The notes beneath the pieces were generated by a model that was given only the letters and a program-made list of their open reading frames with translations, was not told where the DNA came from and searched no databases. Positions 1 to 10,370 of a stretch of 64,000 nt of DNA are shown piece after piece (positions within the stretch are counted from its first letter, which is position 1; every line of letters begins with the position of its first letter). The translations under genes were made by a program, and so were the position numbers. The DNA is from an uncultured Bacilli bacterium (GTDB lineage: Bacteria > Bacillota_I > Bacilli_A > RF39 > UBA660): positions 54,391 to 118,390 of the forward strand of contig CAKOJQ010000005.1 in assembly GCA_934090795.1 (NCBI GenBank). Direction: 5' to 3'.

Positions 1-189
1 ATCACTACGCATAGAATTATTGCCAACTAGCAATTTGTCTTCTAAATCAAATACTCCATTAGGACAATGCAAAAATATATATTCAAAATCTTTATATTTA
101 TTATTAACATTTTTAAATTCGCTTAGTAAATCAGTCATTGCTGAAGAACCAGTTCCCATATAACCAGCAGTTATTAAAATCCTTTTCAT
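1..189 (-). CDS. hypothetical protein, first 63 codons only (gene continues past the left edge)
   Basis: Not in the ORF track. A minus-strand ATG at 189, 3 nt after the stop of the GT4 gene, reads MKRILITAGYMGTGSSAMTDLLSEFKNVNNKYKDFEYIFLHCPNGVFDLEDKLLVGNNSMRSD with no stop to position 1. Same operon as the glycosyltransferases. No family recognised. Confidence 0.45.
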   Translation of the reverse strand, partial: MKRILITAGYMGTGSSAMTDLLSEFKNVNNKYKDFEYIFLHCPNGVFDLEDKLLVGNNSMRSD

Positions 190-192
190 ATT

Positions 193-1296
193 CTAATTCC
201 CATCTATCAAACTTTCTATATTTTTTATTTGACTCATTAAAGTGAAATTTTCAGCATGTATTTGTGAATATTTACTCATTTTATCATATAGTTTTTTATC
301 TTCTAATAATTTTAATGCATAATCACATAGCTCATTATTATCATTGCTAATAAATCCACATTTATTATTATTAGACATTTCTTTAGTACCAGCAACATCA
401 GTACTTATAAAAGGTTTACCCAAAATCATTCCTTCCATTAAAACAGTTGGAAAACCTTCTGAATAAGATGTCATACACATAATTTTAGTGCTATTTATTA
501 TTGGATAAGGATTGTTTTTATAACCATATAATATTACATTATCATTAAGCTCATACTTATCAATTATCTTTTTTATATCTTTTTCTAATTTACCAATTCC
601 AAGCATACCAGCTTTAACATCCTTTTTCACTTTTTTTATATTTCTAATTATTTCAATAAATTTACTTGGATTTTTATTTTCATCAAATCTACCACAATAA
701 AGAATATCAATTGGATCAGATTTATAATCATTAATTTGCATTAAAATATTATTTTTATCAAAACCATTATAAATTAGTTTAACTTTATCTTTATATTCTG
801 GATAAACTTCTAAAATAGAATCAAAAGTTTTATTAGAAATAGCAACTATTTTATTTATTTTATCAAAATACTTTTTTTGAAGATTTCTTAATCTATCATT
901 ATCTTTTAAGTCAGTTATTGCTCCATGACACCATCCAATAGTTTTAATATTGTAGTCAAGTAAAAAAGTGGGAATTAAATAATTAAATGCTATTTCAACA
1001 TCATAATTTTTTTTAATATATTTTTTCCTTAATAATTTAGGAAACCTAAAAACAATTTTTTCTTTAACACAATTATTAACCCTATTGACAAAAGATCTAT
1101 CGGTTATATCTATAATTGGATCAAGCAAATTAATATTATCGTTTATTTCTTCTTTTTTTATACCAGCATATAAATATTCTAAAATATCAATTTCATACTT
1201 AGAAGAGTCTAAATTATTAACGATATTTGTAAGTACTCTCTCTGCTCCTCCACCATAAGAATATGACCATATTACAAATAAAACTTTCTTTTTCAT
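193..1296 (-). CDS. glycosyltransferase family 4 (GT-B, group 1)
   Basis: 367-aa ORF. The C-terminal region SYSEGFPTVLMEGMILGKPFISTDVAGTKE is the typical GT4 EX7E-type segment. Start overlaps the next gene. Confidence 0.8.
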   Translation of the reverse strand: MKKKVLFVIWSYSYGGGAERVLTNIVNNLDSSKYEIDILEYLYAGIKKEEINDNINLLDPIIDITDRSFVNRVNNCVKEKIVFRFPKLLRKKYIKKNYDVEIAFNYLIPTFLLDYNIKTIGWCHGAITDLKDNDRLRNLQKKYFDKINKIVAISNKTFDSILEVYPEYKDKVKLIYNGFDKNNILMQINDYKSDPIDILYCGRFDENKNPSKFIEIIRNIKKVKKDVKAGMLGIGKLEKDIKKIIDKYELNDNVILYGYKNNPYPIINSTKIMCMTSYSEGFPTVLMEGMILGKPFISTDVAGTKEMSNNNKCGFISNDNNELCDYALKLLEDKKLYDKMSKYSQIHAENFTLMSQIKNIESLIDGN

Positions 1297-2255
1297 ATTA
1301 TACCTCTAATCAAATTATAAATAGATAATAAGAAATTATATTTCATGATTAAAATATGTAATCTTGTTTTAAATTTCTCATTTTTTAAATAAGTATTTCT
1401 ATACCACTTTGGATAACTTTTATTCAAAAATTTTATGGAATCATTTTGATATCTTAATTTTTGTTTAAATTTAACACAACCAAGAGTATTTACAATAAAA
1501 AATGTATTATATATAAATATTTTTTCTAATTCATTAGTATACAATTTTTTAATATCATTTTTATCATAATAATCTTTTAAATTTTCTAATATGGGATATA
1601 TATTAAATATCTTTTCATTAAAAGTATGCATTATTGAATTTTCTTGTTGACGATAATAATAAATATACTCATCAATAAATTTAATTTTATCTGTTAATAA
1701 ATAAAGTTTTGGAATAGTTCCTAAATCTTCATAAATTAATCCTTCTGGAAAAAAAATATTATTTTTTATAAATAGTTCTCTTCTAATTGCTTTATTCCAC
1801 TGAGCAGGTGCTGATATCATAGCGTTTCTTTTAATATCTTCACAACTAGAACTTATTCCAATTTTCTTGTTTTTATTATCATCATTAAAATATTCATAAA
1901 AACTAAATATTAATATATCAACATCATCATTTACTGCCTCATCTATTTTTGTTAAAAAATCTTCACTTACAAAATCATCACTATCAACTGCAAGTAAGAA
2001 TTCACCCTTAGCATGCTTTATTCCATAGTTTCTAGAACTACTTACTCCCTCATTCTTTTTAGTTATAACTTTAAAATTATCTAATTTATTATTTTTTATA
2101 TAATTATTTAATATATTTAATGTATCATCAGTTGAACCATCATTAATAAATAAAACCTCATAATCTTCAAAATTTTGATTTTTTAAAGATTCAGCACATT
2201 TAATAATAAATTTTTCTGCATTATAAGTTGGTACAATTATTGAATATTTAAGCAT
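1293..2255 (-). CDS. glycosyltransferase family 2 (GT-A)
   Basis: YSIIVPTYNAEKFI..INDGSTDDT..AVDSDD motifs. Paralogous to the ORFs at 6762-7712 and 7714-8664 (shared YEDLGTIPK/YEDLATIPK/YEDLATTPR segment). Confidence 0.85.
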   Translation of the reverse strand: MLKYSIIVPTYNAEKFIIKCAESLKNQNFEDYEVLFINDGSTDDTLNILNNYIKNNKLDNFKVITKKNEGVSSSRNYGIKHAKGEFLLAVDSDDFVSEDFLTKIDEAVNDDVDILIFSFYEYFNDDNKNKKIGISSSCEDIKRNAMISAPAQWNKAIRRELFIKNNIFFPEGLIYEDLGTIPKLYLLTDKIKFIDEYIYYYRQQENSIMHTFNEKIFNIYPILENLKDYYDKNDIKKLYTNELEKIFIYNTFFIVNTLGCVKFKQKLRYQNDSIKFLNKSYPKWYRNTYLKNEKFKTRLHILIMKYNFLLSIYNLIRGII

Positions 2256-3582
2256 TCTTGACTCCTTTTTTATCTACATATTCCATATATCTATGTTTTT
2301 TTAAAATTATTTCTTTTATTACAACCATTCCCATTGCTTGAATTAAATAAGCAAGTAATACGCCACTTAGTCCAAGATTTTGAATAGCAAAGAACAAAAA
2401 TACCAAATATATTGAATTAACTATTATTAGAATCGGAATATTATATTTAACATACCCCAAGGCCATAAATAAATTATGCGTTCCCATAGCAGCATTAGAA
2501 TACGATATAAACGCTAAATATAAGCAAAATGGAATTATATATAAATCTACATCATCTATAAATAAATGAAACCATAATTTATAAGTTAACAAAGTTCCTA
2601 CAAAGCAAACTACAAATATGCCTAACATTAATTTCTTTAATTTTTTAGATAAATCTCTAGCTCCATCATAATCTTTATCTACAATTTTTAAATTCATTTC
2701 TGGATATATTATTTGATTAATAGGATCACCAAGTTTATTAATTACAGTTCCTAATTTTTCAAATACATTATATGCTGAATTAGCGCTAAATCCTAAATAT
2801 TTATTTATAATTAGTTGAGTAACTTGATTAATTGGCAAATCTAAAGTAGATGTTAAATTACTATATATATTAAACATAAAAAATTCTTTCTTATATTTTA
2901 ATTTAACTTTATAAAAATCTAATAATTTATTTTCTCTTAGAACTTTAACAGTATAATAAATAAGCAATATATAATTTACAAAAGTAGCTATAACTTCTGC
3001 TAGAAAAAATGTATCAAAACTACTTTTGCTCAAATAACAATATAAATATAAAGCAAACCTTACTAAATTGGAAATAATTTGTGAAGTTACAACATAGTTA
3101 TATTTTTCATATGATCTTAAAACTCCAATTGTAGTTCCTTGTATATAAAATATTTGTAATGCTAAATAAATCATTAAATACTTAGTAATATTGGTAGGCC
3201 AATTCATCCAACTTATTACAAGATTTTTTAAAACAATTCCAAAGACAAACATTAGTAATAAAGATAACAAATCTAACAAAAAAGACCATTTTATATATAT
3301 TTTAATATTTTCTGTTTCATTTTCTTTTTTTGCTTGTGCTAAATATTTGATTAATGCTTGAAATGTTTTAAAAGAAAAAAAACTGTAAAATAACGTTGAA
3401 TATGTTTGAATAACTATTAATATGCCATGTTGTTCAGATCCTATTGCAGATATAATTATTATCGTAGCAAAAAGTCCAAATACTGACGATATTCCTTGTC
3501 CAGTAAATATCATTAAAAAGTTTTTAAGTAATTTTCTTTCTAATATTTTATTATAAATTTTTTTTATTTTCTCCTTCATCAT
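2248..3582 (-). CDS. polysaccharide flippase, Wzx/MOP superfamily
   Basis: 444 aa, about 12-14 hydrophobic helices. The N-terminus LKNFLMIFTGQGISSVFGLFATIIIISAIG is typical of oligosaccharide flippases. Lies within the glycosyltransferase cluster. Confidence 0.7.
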   Translation of the reverse strand: MMKEKIKKIYNKILERKLLKNFLMIFTGQGISSVFGLFATIIIISAIGSEQHGILIVIQTYSTLFYSFFSFKTFQALIKYLAQAKKENETENIKIYIKWSFLLDLLSLLLMFVFGIVLKNLVISWMNWPTNITKYLMIYLALQIFYIQGTTIGVLRSYEKYNYVVTSQIISNLVRFALYLYCYLSKSSFDTFFLAEVIATFVNYILLIYYTVKVLRENKLLDFYKVKLKYKKEFFMFNIYSNLTSTLDLPINQVTQLIINKYLGFSANSAYNVFEKLGTVINKLGDPINQIIYPEMNLKIVDKDYDGARDLSKKLKKLMLGIFVVCFVGTLLTYKLWFHLFIDDVDLYIIPFCLYLAFISYSNAAMGTHNLFMALGYVKYNIPILIIVNSIYLVFLFFAIQNLGLSGVLLAYLIQAMGMVVIKEIILKKHRYMEYVDKKGVKNA

Positions 3583-5726
3583 TAGTCTCCTACATAATAT
3601 AATCTATACCTATCAGTTTCATATATTAAATCCATATGTTTAAGTAAATCTTTATATATTTTACTGGCTTCTTTATATTCTTCGGTATCTGTATTTTCCC
3701 TATCAAAAATACATACACCGCCTATATCATCAATTACACTTTTATCTAAGCATTTTAAGTCAACCGTAATTAAATTAACTCCTAAATATTTAATTGCATC
3801 ATAAAGTGTATCTCCATCATCTAAATATTTAGTATTAATTATCCCTTGATTTAATCTATAAAGTGTTAATTGATAATAAGCATATTTTGTAAAACTTTTA
3901 TTAGGCTTTAATGAAATAAATCTATCATAACTACTTTTAATAGTGGGATTAAGAATTCTCATATCACTATGATTTGAACCAATTACAGGATCATCAATAT
4001 CATAATTATTTAAATATCTTTCAAGTTTAATATATGCTGCTACATCTCTAGTTCTCATTCTATAAACCTTATCAGATCCACCAGTTTGTCCAACTGAAAA
4101 ACTTAAAGATTTTAATTCAACCATAGAAATACCAACAATAAATATTATCATTAAATAAGCTAAACATTTTTTCCATTTAAAGTTATTAATAATAGGCTTT
4201 AAAATAGTAAACATAACTAATGGATTAAATATTAATGGAAATATTCTTGAAAAGACTTCTGAAGTCATTGCTGTTGATATAAAAGGAATTGCTAAAGGAT
4301 TCAAGAATATTAATCCAATTAAGATAATAAACCAAATAATTTTCTTATCAGCTAATTCATATCTTCTTTTATAAACATTAAACACTAGTAAATAACATAA
4401 TGCAATATAAAAAACAGTTATAGGTAAATATGAATAATGAAACTGATAATTGCCAAATAATGGAAAGAAATCATTAATCAATGTATCTAAATAGTATAAT
4501 GTGTCTATTTTTATAGTTAATTTTAAAATTAACATAATTATTGATAAAAGAACTGGTAAAAAAGATATTACTAACATAATAGTTTTAAATACTTTATTGT
4601 ATTTATTTAAGTCATTTAAATTATATTTTTTAATTATTTTTTTAAAATACAATAAATATAATAATATAACTAAAATAAATGCAATCATTGATACATAATT
4701 ATTGCTAATTAAAAATGCACTTAAATATAACAATACAGGAAAACACAATAAAAAATAATTATTATAATTAATTTCGAAATTATTAATCATTTGTAGTAGT
4801 AACATAACAAAAAGTATAATAATAATATTAAAAAGATTAAAGCTTGCATAACTTAATAATGTAAAAAATAAAATCATAAGTAAATATTTATAGTTTTTAT
4901 GTTTATAATAGTTTAGCACAACATACATAAAAAATGGATATATAACTGTTAAGGAGCTAAACACACCCGAATAACCAGTCATAAATATATTATTATAAAT
5001 ATTAGAATCAATTGGTAAATATATAACATAAAATAAACAACATAATACAAATAATATTTTTTCTAATTTACTTAGTTCTTTTTGTTTGATTAATCCTAAC
5101 ATTGTTAAAACCAATATTGTAAATGTTGGAACAGACATAAAATAAAGAACAACTGAAACATAAGAAAATTTTAAATCAAAAACATTTTTTAATAAGTTAA
5201 ATATACTAATAAAAAAACTACCAATTAAATAATATCCTTGATACATATAATAACTAGTTATTGAATCTACCCCTGTACCTACTCTAGGTTCTATAGAAAA
5301 TAATTTATTCGTGTTCGCATTATGATACATCAAAGGAAAATAAAAACTATCGTCATAATAAAAATATTCTTCCGGAACTGTTCTCATATACAAAAAGAAA
5401 AATATAAAAGCCATAAATAATATACCCCAAATATATTTATCTTTATAAAAGCCCTTAATTTTCTTAAAATATTTAATATCTAACACAAGTAAAGTTAATG
5501 AAATCATAAGTCCAACAATAGTTATATACAAACTAGGTAACTGTAAAATCATTGCTGGATAATAAAGTATTTGAAATACAGCAATTAAAGTAATAAAACC
5601 AATACATACTCTCAAATATTTATTAAATTCTAATTTTATTTTTTCAATAACTAAACTACCAACTAAGTAACACGTAGGTAATAAAATAAATAAAAATGGT
5701 AAAAAAATTAATGTTAACCTTATCAT
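3582..5726 (-). CDS. large polytopic membrane protein with a C-terminal soluble domain (candidate GT-C-type glycosyltransferase or polymerase)
   Basis: 714 aa. Many hydrophobic helices over about 540 aa, then a roughly 170-aa hydrophilic tail. Start overlaps the flippase stop. Sits directly downstream of the GT2 + DUF2304-like pair. Function inferred from context only. Confidence 0.4.
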   Translation of the reverse strand: MIRLTLIFLPFLFILLPTCYLVGSLVIEKIKLEFNKYLRVCIGFITLIAVFQILYYPAMILQLPSLYITIVGLMISLTLLVLDIKYFKKIKGFYKDKYIWGILFMAFIFFFLYMRTVPEEYFYYDDSFYFPLMYHNANTNKLFSIEPRVGTGVDSITSYYMYQGYYLIGSFFISIFNLLKNVFDLKFSYVSVVLYFMSVPTFTILVLTMLGLIKQKELSKLEKILFVLCCLFYVIYLPIDSNIYNNIFMTGYSGVFSSLTVIYPFFMYVVLNYYKHKNYKYLLMILFFTLLSYASFNLFNIIIILFVMLLLQMINNFEINYNNYFLLCFPVLLYLSAFLISNNYVSMIAFILVILLYLLYFKKIIKKYNLNDLNKYNKVFKTIMLVISFLPVLLSIIMLILKLTIKIDTLYYLDTLINDFFPLFGNYQFHYSYLPITVFYIALCYLLVFNVYKRRYELADKKIIWFIILIGLIFLNPLAIPFISTAMTSEVFSRIFPLIFNPLVMFTILKPIINNFKWKKCLAYLMIIFIVGISMVELKSLSFSVGQTGGSDKVYRMRTRDVAAYIKLERYLNNYDIDDPVIGSNHSDMRILNPTIKSSYDRFISLKPNKSFTKYAYYQLTLYRLNQGIINTKYLDDGDTLYDAIKYLGVNLITVDLKCLDKSVIDDIGGVCIFDRENTDTEEYKEASKIYKDLLKHMDLIYETDRYRLYYVGD

Positions 5727-6061
5727 TTCTTATTCTCCTTTTCATTTAAGGCAATAAAATGATTTAGTTTTTTTACATTCTCATTTAATTTTGAATACTT
5801 AGTAACAATTTTTAAATTATAAATACTAAGTACTAAAATAACAAACACTAACACAAAATTTGAAACACTCATAAACCCTAATTTATCTGAAATATAAGCA
5901 ATAAATTTTGTAAATATACTCATAAAAACGCAAAGTAATGAAAAAACTATAGGAAAAATAGCATCTTCAATATTAAGGCTTGCCTTTCTTACTTTAAAAA
6001 TTGTATATCCAAAATACAAAATAGAAAAAAATAATAATAGTATTCTTAATGTAATGTTCAT
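5723..6061 (-). CDS. small membrane protein, DUF2304-like
   Basis: 112 aa, three or four helices plus a charged C-terminal tail. Immediately follows a short soluble GT2, which is the pairing typical of DUF2304. Confidence 0.5.
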   Translation of the reverse strand: MNITLRILLLFFSILYFGYTIFKVRKASLNIEDAIFPIVFSLLCVFMSIFTKFIAYISDKLGFMSVSNFVLVFVILVLSIYNLKIVTKYSKLNENVKKLNHFIALNEKENKK

Positions 6062-6063
6062 CT

Positions 6064-6744
6064 TTACTTCCTCCTAAATAGCTGTATAAATAAAATAGAA
6101 ACACAAATTCTAAGCATATATTCAAAAGATTTAAATGCATTTAAATAACTTGTTCCAAATTCTCTTTCACTCATTTCAACTTGAACTTCTTTAATCCTAA
6201 ATTTTCTTCTTAATAAATAAACTAAGCAATCAGGTTCTGGCGGATAATTAATATAATTAGCAAATTCCGGAATTAATTTTTTTGAATAAATCCTAAAACC
6301 AGACGTTGGATCATTTATTGTTTTACCTGTTGTAATTTTAATCAAAAATGAAATAATACGACTACCTATCATTCTTAATGAAAATGGTTTCTTTTTTGTA
6401 ACATATCTTGAACCTATAACAATATCATTACCTTTTTCTAATTCTTTAACCATTTCATCAATATATTTTGCATGATGTTGTCCATCACCATCAAATTGAA
6501 CAACCGCATCATAATCATACTTAAGTGCATATTTAAATCCTAATTGAACAACACTTGATAATCCATAATTTATTGGCAAAGATAAATAATTAAAATTATT
6601 TTCAATGCATAATTTTTCAGTATTATCAGTAGAACAATCATTGATAATTAAATAATCATAATTACAATTTTTTTTGATATCTTTTACTACTTTTTTTAAA
6701 TTTAATTCTTCATTATATGCTGGAACAATAATTAATACTTTCAC
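6064..6744 (-). CDS. glycosyltransferase family 2, short soluble type (polyprenyl-phosphate sugar synthase-like)
   Basis: 226 aa. VLIIVPAYNEELNL..INDCSTDNT..QFDGDGQH motifs. Confidence 0.75.
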   Translation of the reverse strand: MKVLIIVPAYNEELNLKKVVKDIKKNCNYDYLIINDCSTDNTEKLCIENNFNYLSLPINYGLSSVVQLGFKYALKYDYDAVVQFDGDGQHHAKYIDEMVKELEKGNDIVIGSRYVTKKKPFSLRMIGSRIISFLIKITTGKTINDPTSGFRIYSKKLIPEFANYINYPPEPDCLVYLLRRKFRIKEVQVEMSEREFGTSYLNAFKSFEYMLRICVSILFIQLFRRK

Positions 6745-6761
6745 AATACTTCAACTCATTT

Positions 6762-7712
6762 CTATAAATGCATAAATCTTCCAAATAATTTGAGCACTAA
6801 ATAAACAACAAAATACAATTTTCTTTTTATAAACCATAAATAGGCTCTATAAACAAATGAAAAATCCTTTTTAATCATACAATTATTATACCAATCCGGA
6901 TATTTTTTTTCAACAATAGAAACAATATCCTTAATCATATTAATACTAAAATCACTATGCCCTGACGCTCTAAAAACAGTTCCGACAATAATATGATATA
7001 TATTTGCGAACTCTAAATTTTTTTGATAATCATTATAAATATTATTATCAAAAGCATATTTTTCAATACAATCAATGCTATTATAAATTTGAAAAATGCG
7101 ATTATCAGACGTATGCATAATTGATTTTGGATTTTGAATATAAAAATACAATGATTCATTAACTATAGACACTTTATTATGCTTCATTATATATTTTGGT
7201 ATAGTTGCTAAATCTTCATACCACAAGCCTTCTGGAAAAGATAAATCTTTAAAATAATCACTAATAAACATTTTATTCCATGCAGCAGGAACTATATAAT
7301 TTTCTATATCTTTCATTTTCATTTCTTTATGAGTTATATGTTTTCCATATACTCTATCAAATTCACATACAGCCATTTCTGAATTATTTTTTTCAATAGA
7401 ATTAACCAATTTACTTACATATGTTGAATCAACATAATCATCACTATCAATAAAGCAACAATAATAGCCATCAACATATTTTAATCCATAATTTCTCGCA
7501 CTTGATAATCCACCATTTTCTTTATAAAAATAATGAATTCTTTTATCTTTTTCTAAAAATTTTTCTATAATCTCTTTTGTATTGTCTTTAGAACCATCAT
7601 CAATACATAAAATTTCAATATTTTTATATTCTTGATTAATTAAGGAATTTAAGCATCTTTCTATATATTTTTCAACATTATAACATGGTACAATTATAGA
7701 TACTTTTTTCAT
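6762..7712 (-). CDS. glycosyltransferase family 2
   Basis: VSIIVPCYNVEKYI..IDDGSKDNT..IDSDD motifs. 316 aa. Confidence 0.85.
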   Translation of the reverse strand: MKKVSIIVPCYNVEKYIERCLNSLINQEYKNIEILCIDDGSKDNTKEIIEKFLEKDKRIHYFYKENGGLSSARNYGLKYVDGYYCCFIDSDDYVDSTYVSKLVNSIEKNNSEMAVCEFDRVYGKHITHKEMKMKDIENYIVPAAWNKMFISDYFKDLSFPEGLWYEDLATIPKYIMKHNKVSIVNESLYFYIQNPKSIMHTSDNRIFQIYNSIDCIEKYAFDNNIYNDYQKNLEFANIYHIIVGTVFRASGHSDFSINMIKDIVSIVEKKYPDWYNNCMIKKDFSFVYRAYLWFIKRKLYFVVYLVLKLFGRFMHL

Positions 7713-7713
7713 A

Positions 7714-8664
7714 TTACCACCTTTTTTTAAATCTTATTATGAATCTAGTAAACCTATATAATTTTAATTTTAATAATAGTCTTAAAATCTTTCTACTTGT
7801 ATCCAATCTTTTTATATAAGCATTATTATTTAATAATTTTGGAAATCTTTCCTCACAAATTTTAACAACATTTTTAATATCACTGATTTTTGCTTCATTG
7901 CACATAGATAATCTATAAACTGTATTTAATATTCCATTATATAAATATAGATATTCTAAATATTCATCAACATTTTGAATATTATTTTCTTTTACAAAGT
8001 CATCAACTATTTTTAACGCCTTTAATGAATCCAATACCTTTATACTATATGTATTAGTAATTGATTCAACGTTAAAATAATAATTATATAAGCCTTCATT
8101 TACCCAACTAATTTTATTTGTACTAAATAAAATTCTAGGAGTTGTTGCTAAATCTTCATACCAAATCCCAACTGGAAAAAAAATATTATTTTTCTTAAAA
8201 ATATCAACATTATATAATTTATTGCAAGCTGAAGGCATTTCGAAATCATAAATATTTTTATCATTGATTATAATTTCATCATATTTCCCATCATCATTTA
8301 CTAAAGTAAAATTACACCAGGCTAAATCCGATTTATCTTCTATTATCTTATTATATAATTTTTCTACAAAGGTATTATCAATATAATCATCGCCATCAAT
8401 AAAACAAATATATTTACCAGAAGCAATATTTATGGCATAATTTCTAGTATCAGATAATCCACCATTTTTTTTATAAAAGCATTTTATTCTTTTATCATTT
8501 TCTTTATATTTTTCCATTATTTTTTTTGAATTATCTGGTGATCCATCATTAACAAGTAATATTTCTATATTTTTATATGTTTGATTAATTATACTTTTAA
8601 TACATCGTTCTAAATATTTTTCTACGTTATATATTGGTATTGCAACTGTAATTAAATCTTTCAT
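7714..8664 (-). CDS. glycosyltransferase family 2
   Basis: ITVAIPIYNVEKYL..VNDGSPDNS..IDGDD motifs. 316 aa. Tandem paralogue of the previous gene. Confidence 0.85.
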   Translation of the reverse strand: MKDLITVAIPIYNVEKYLERCIKSIINQTYKNIEILLVNDGSPDNSKKIMEKYKENDKRIKCFYKKNGGLSDTRNYAINIASGKYICFIDGDDYIDNTFVEKLYNKIIEDKSDLAWCNFTLVNDDGKYDEIIINDKNIYDFEMPSACNKLYNVDIFKKNNIFFPVGIWYEDLATTPRILFSTNKISWVNEGLYNYYFNVESITNTYSIKVLDSLKALKIVDDFVKENNIQNVDEYLEYLYLYNGILNTVYRLSMCNEAKISDIKNVVKICEERFPKLLNNNAYIKRLDTSRKILRLLLKLKLYRFTRFIIRFKKRW

Positions 8665-8694
8665 ATTTCACCTATTTTCTTTATAACTAGTTAA

Positions 8695-8703
8695 ATTATA
8701 ACA
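8695..8703 (-). promoter_or_regulatory. putative extended -10 (TGTTATAAT) for the downstream glycosyltransferase operon
   Basis: The minus strand reads TGTTATAAT about 30 nt upstream of the ATG at 8664. A weak 5-bp hairpin AGAGC-AACA-GCTCT (8744-8757) followed by T-rich sequence on the minus strand lies just upstream. No good -35. Confidence 0.3.
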
Positions 8704-8755
8704 TATACGTATGATATTTGTATATTTTTTAATAAAATTAAAAAGAGCAACAGCT

Positions 8756-9913
8756 CTATTCGTCAAAAAAATTATCAATATTTTTATTTTTATAGTTATT
8801 AAGTATATATATCCAAATATTTTTTGCTCTTTCTTTAGAAAATTTATCAAAGTTATGTAATGAATTTTGTTTAAATTCTTCCAACTTTTTATCATCTGAT
8901 AATAAAATAGTCGTTTTATCAATAAAATCTTCATTATTATTTACTATAAATCCATCTATTCCATCATTAATTACTTCATACACGCCATTACCCCAATTAG
9001 TAGAGATTGTTGGAACTCCATTTGATTTTGCTTCTATAATTGTTAAACCAAATCCCTCAAAAGAAGATGTCATCCACATAATTGAGTAATTAGCATATAT
9101 ATTTTTATCTTGAGTAAAACCTTTTAAAAAAACATTTTTTTCTAAGTGATACTTTTTTATTAGTCTACTAATTGTATCTTTTTGACTACCCTCACCATAT
9201 ATATCTAAGATAAAGTTATTATTTATTTGTCTTAATTTACTAGCAATTTCTATCATTCGAGGCAAATCTTTTTGTTTCTCTAGTCTGCCAACAAAACATA
9301 TCTTATTTTTAACAAGTTTTTTATTTGGCTTTATATTTTTATTTTCAAAGAAATTATATACATAACCAACATCTTTAAATCCCGCATCTTTAGCTTCAAT
9401 CATATCACTTTTGGTACGATAAAGTGTTAATTTAGGTTTTTGCATAAATAATGATTGTAATCTGCCTTTTAAATTACTTCCATAGAAATATTTAAAATAT
9501 ATATGAATTTCTAATATGAAATCTATATTTTTAGGCATAAATATAGCAGCAGATGGACAAGAAACTATAACTAAATCATCTTTATTTATTAATTTTGATA
9601 CTTTTCTTCGATTATAAGGAATTGTAACAAAGTATAGAAATAAATTTTTAAGAGCTTTAATTGTTTGTTTAAAGTCAAATTTTTTTATATAACTAATTAT
9701 ATTAATACAATCTGATGATACCATATTTTTATTAATATAAATTACTTCATTTTCTTTAAATAATTCATTTTCTTCATAATTAAAAATACTTAATATTTTT
9801 ATATTATATTCTTCTTTTAATAATTTGGAAATTCTTACATATGTTGTAACTAGTCCTCCTGTTTTTTTTCCAGGTAATTGATCAAACACGATATATAAAT
9901 TCTTTTTCCCCAT
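8756..9913 (-). CDS. glycosyltransferase family 4
   Basis: 385 aa. TSSFEGFGLTIIEAKSNGVPTIST EX7E-type region. Confidence 0.8.
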   Translation of the reverse strand: MGKKNLYIVFDQLPGKKTGGLVTTYVRISKLLKEEYNIKILSIFNYEENELFKENEVIYINKNMVSSDCINIISYIKKFDFKQTIKALKNLFLYFVTIPYNRRKVSKLINKDDLVIVSCPSAAIFMPKNIDFILEIHIYFKYFYGSNLKGRLQSLFMQKPKLTLYRTKSDMIEAKDAGFKDVGYVYNFFENKNIKPNKKLVKNKICFVGRLEKQKDLPRMIEIASKLRQINNNFILDIYGEGSQKDTISRLIKKYHLEKNVFLKGFTQDKNIYANYSIMWMTSSFEGFGLTIIEAKSNGVPTISTNWGNGVYEVINDGIDGFIVNNNEDFIDKTTILLSDDKKLEEFKQNSLHNFDKFSKERAKNIWIYILNNYKNKNIDNFFDE

Positions 9914-9926
9914 ATTTAACTCCCTA

Positions 9927-10370
9927 TTATTTATTTTGGCTATCTATTACAATTGTTATTGGCCCATCGTTATCAATTTTAATTAACATATCAGCACCAA
10001 ATACTCCAGGATAAGTTTTAACACTTTCATTTAATTTACTATTAAATATTTCATATAACTTAATAGCATCTTCACCCTTCATTGCATTAATATAGCTAGG
10101 TCTATTACCATCTTTTGTTATAGCTTGCAAAGTAAACTGACTTATTGACAAAATTTCTCCATTAACATCAATAACACTTTTATTCATAATACCATTTTCA
10201 TCATCAAATATTCTTAAATTAACTATTTTTTTAACAATATAATTAATATCATCAATAGTGTCATTAACATTAAATCCAGCTAAAACTACTAATCCTTTAT
10301 CAATTTTACTTATTATTTTATCATCTACCGTACAAGATCCACTTTTACATCTTTGAATAACTACTTTCAT
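9927..10370 (-). CDS. dtd: D-aminoacyl-tRNA deacylase
   Basis: MKVVIQR.., SQFTL, GNRPSY and NDGPITIVIDS motifs. 147 aa. Directly downstream of relA, as in Bacillus. Confidence 0.9.
   Translation of the reverse strand: MKVVIQRCKSGSCTVDDKIISKIDKGLVVLAGFNVNDTIDDINYIVKKIVNLRIFDDENGIMNKSVIDVNGEILSISQFTLQAITKDGNRPSYINAMKGEDAIKLYEIFNSKLNESVKTYPGVFGADMLIKIDNDGPITIVIDSQNK

Noticed and set aside
4501-4698. 65-aa plus-strand ORF from the track
   Set aside because: Lies entirely antisense within the 714-aa membrane-protein gene. Low-complexity I/K/N composition typical of AT-rich antisense frames. No RBS.
8668-8934. 88-aa minus-strand ORF from the track
   Set aside because: Out-of-frame overlap with the 3' end of the GT4 gene (8756-9913) and with the intergenic promoter region. 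No RBS.
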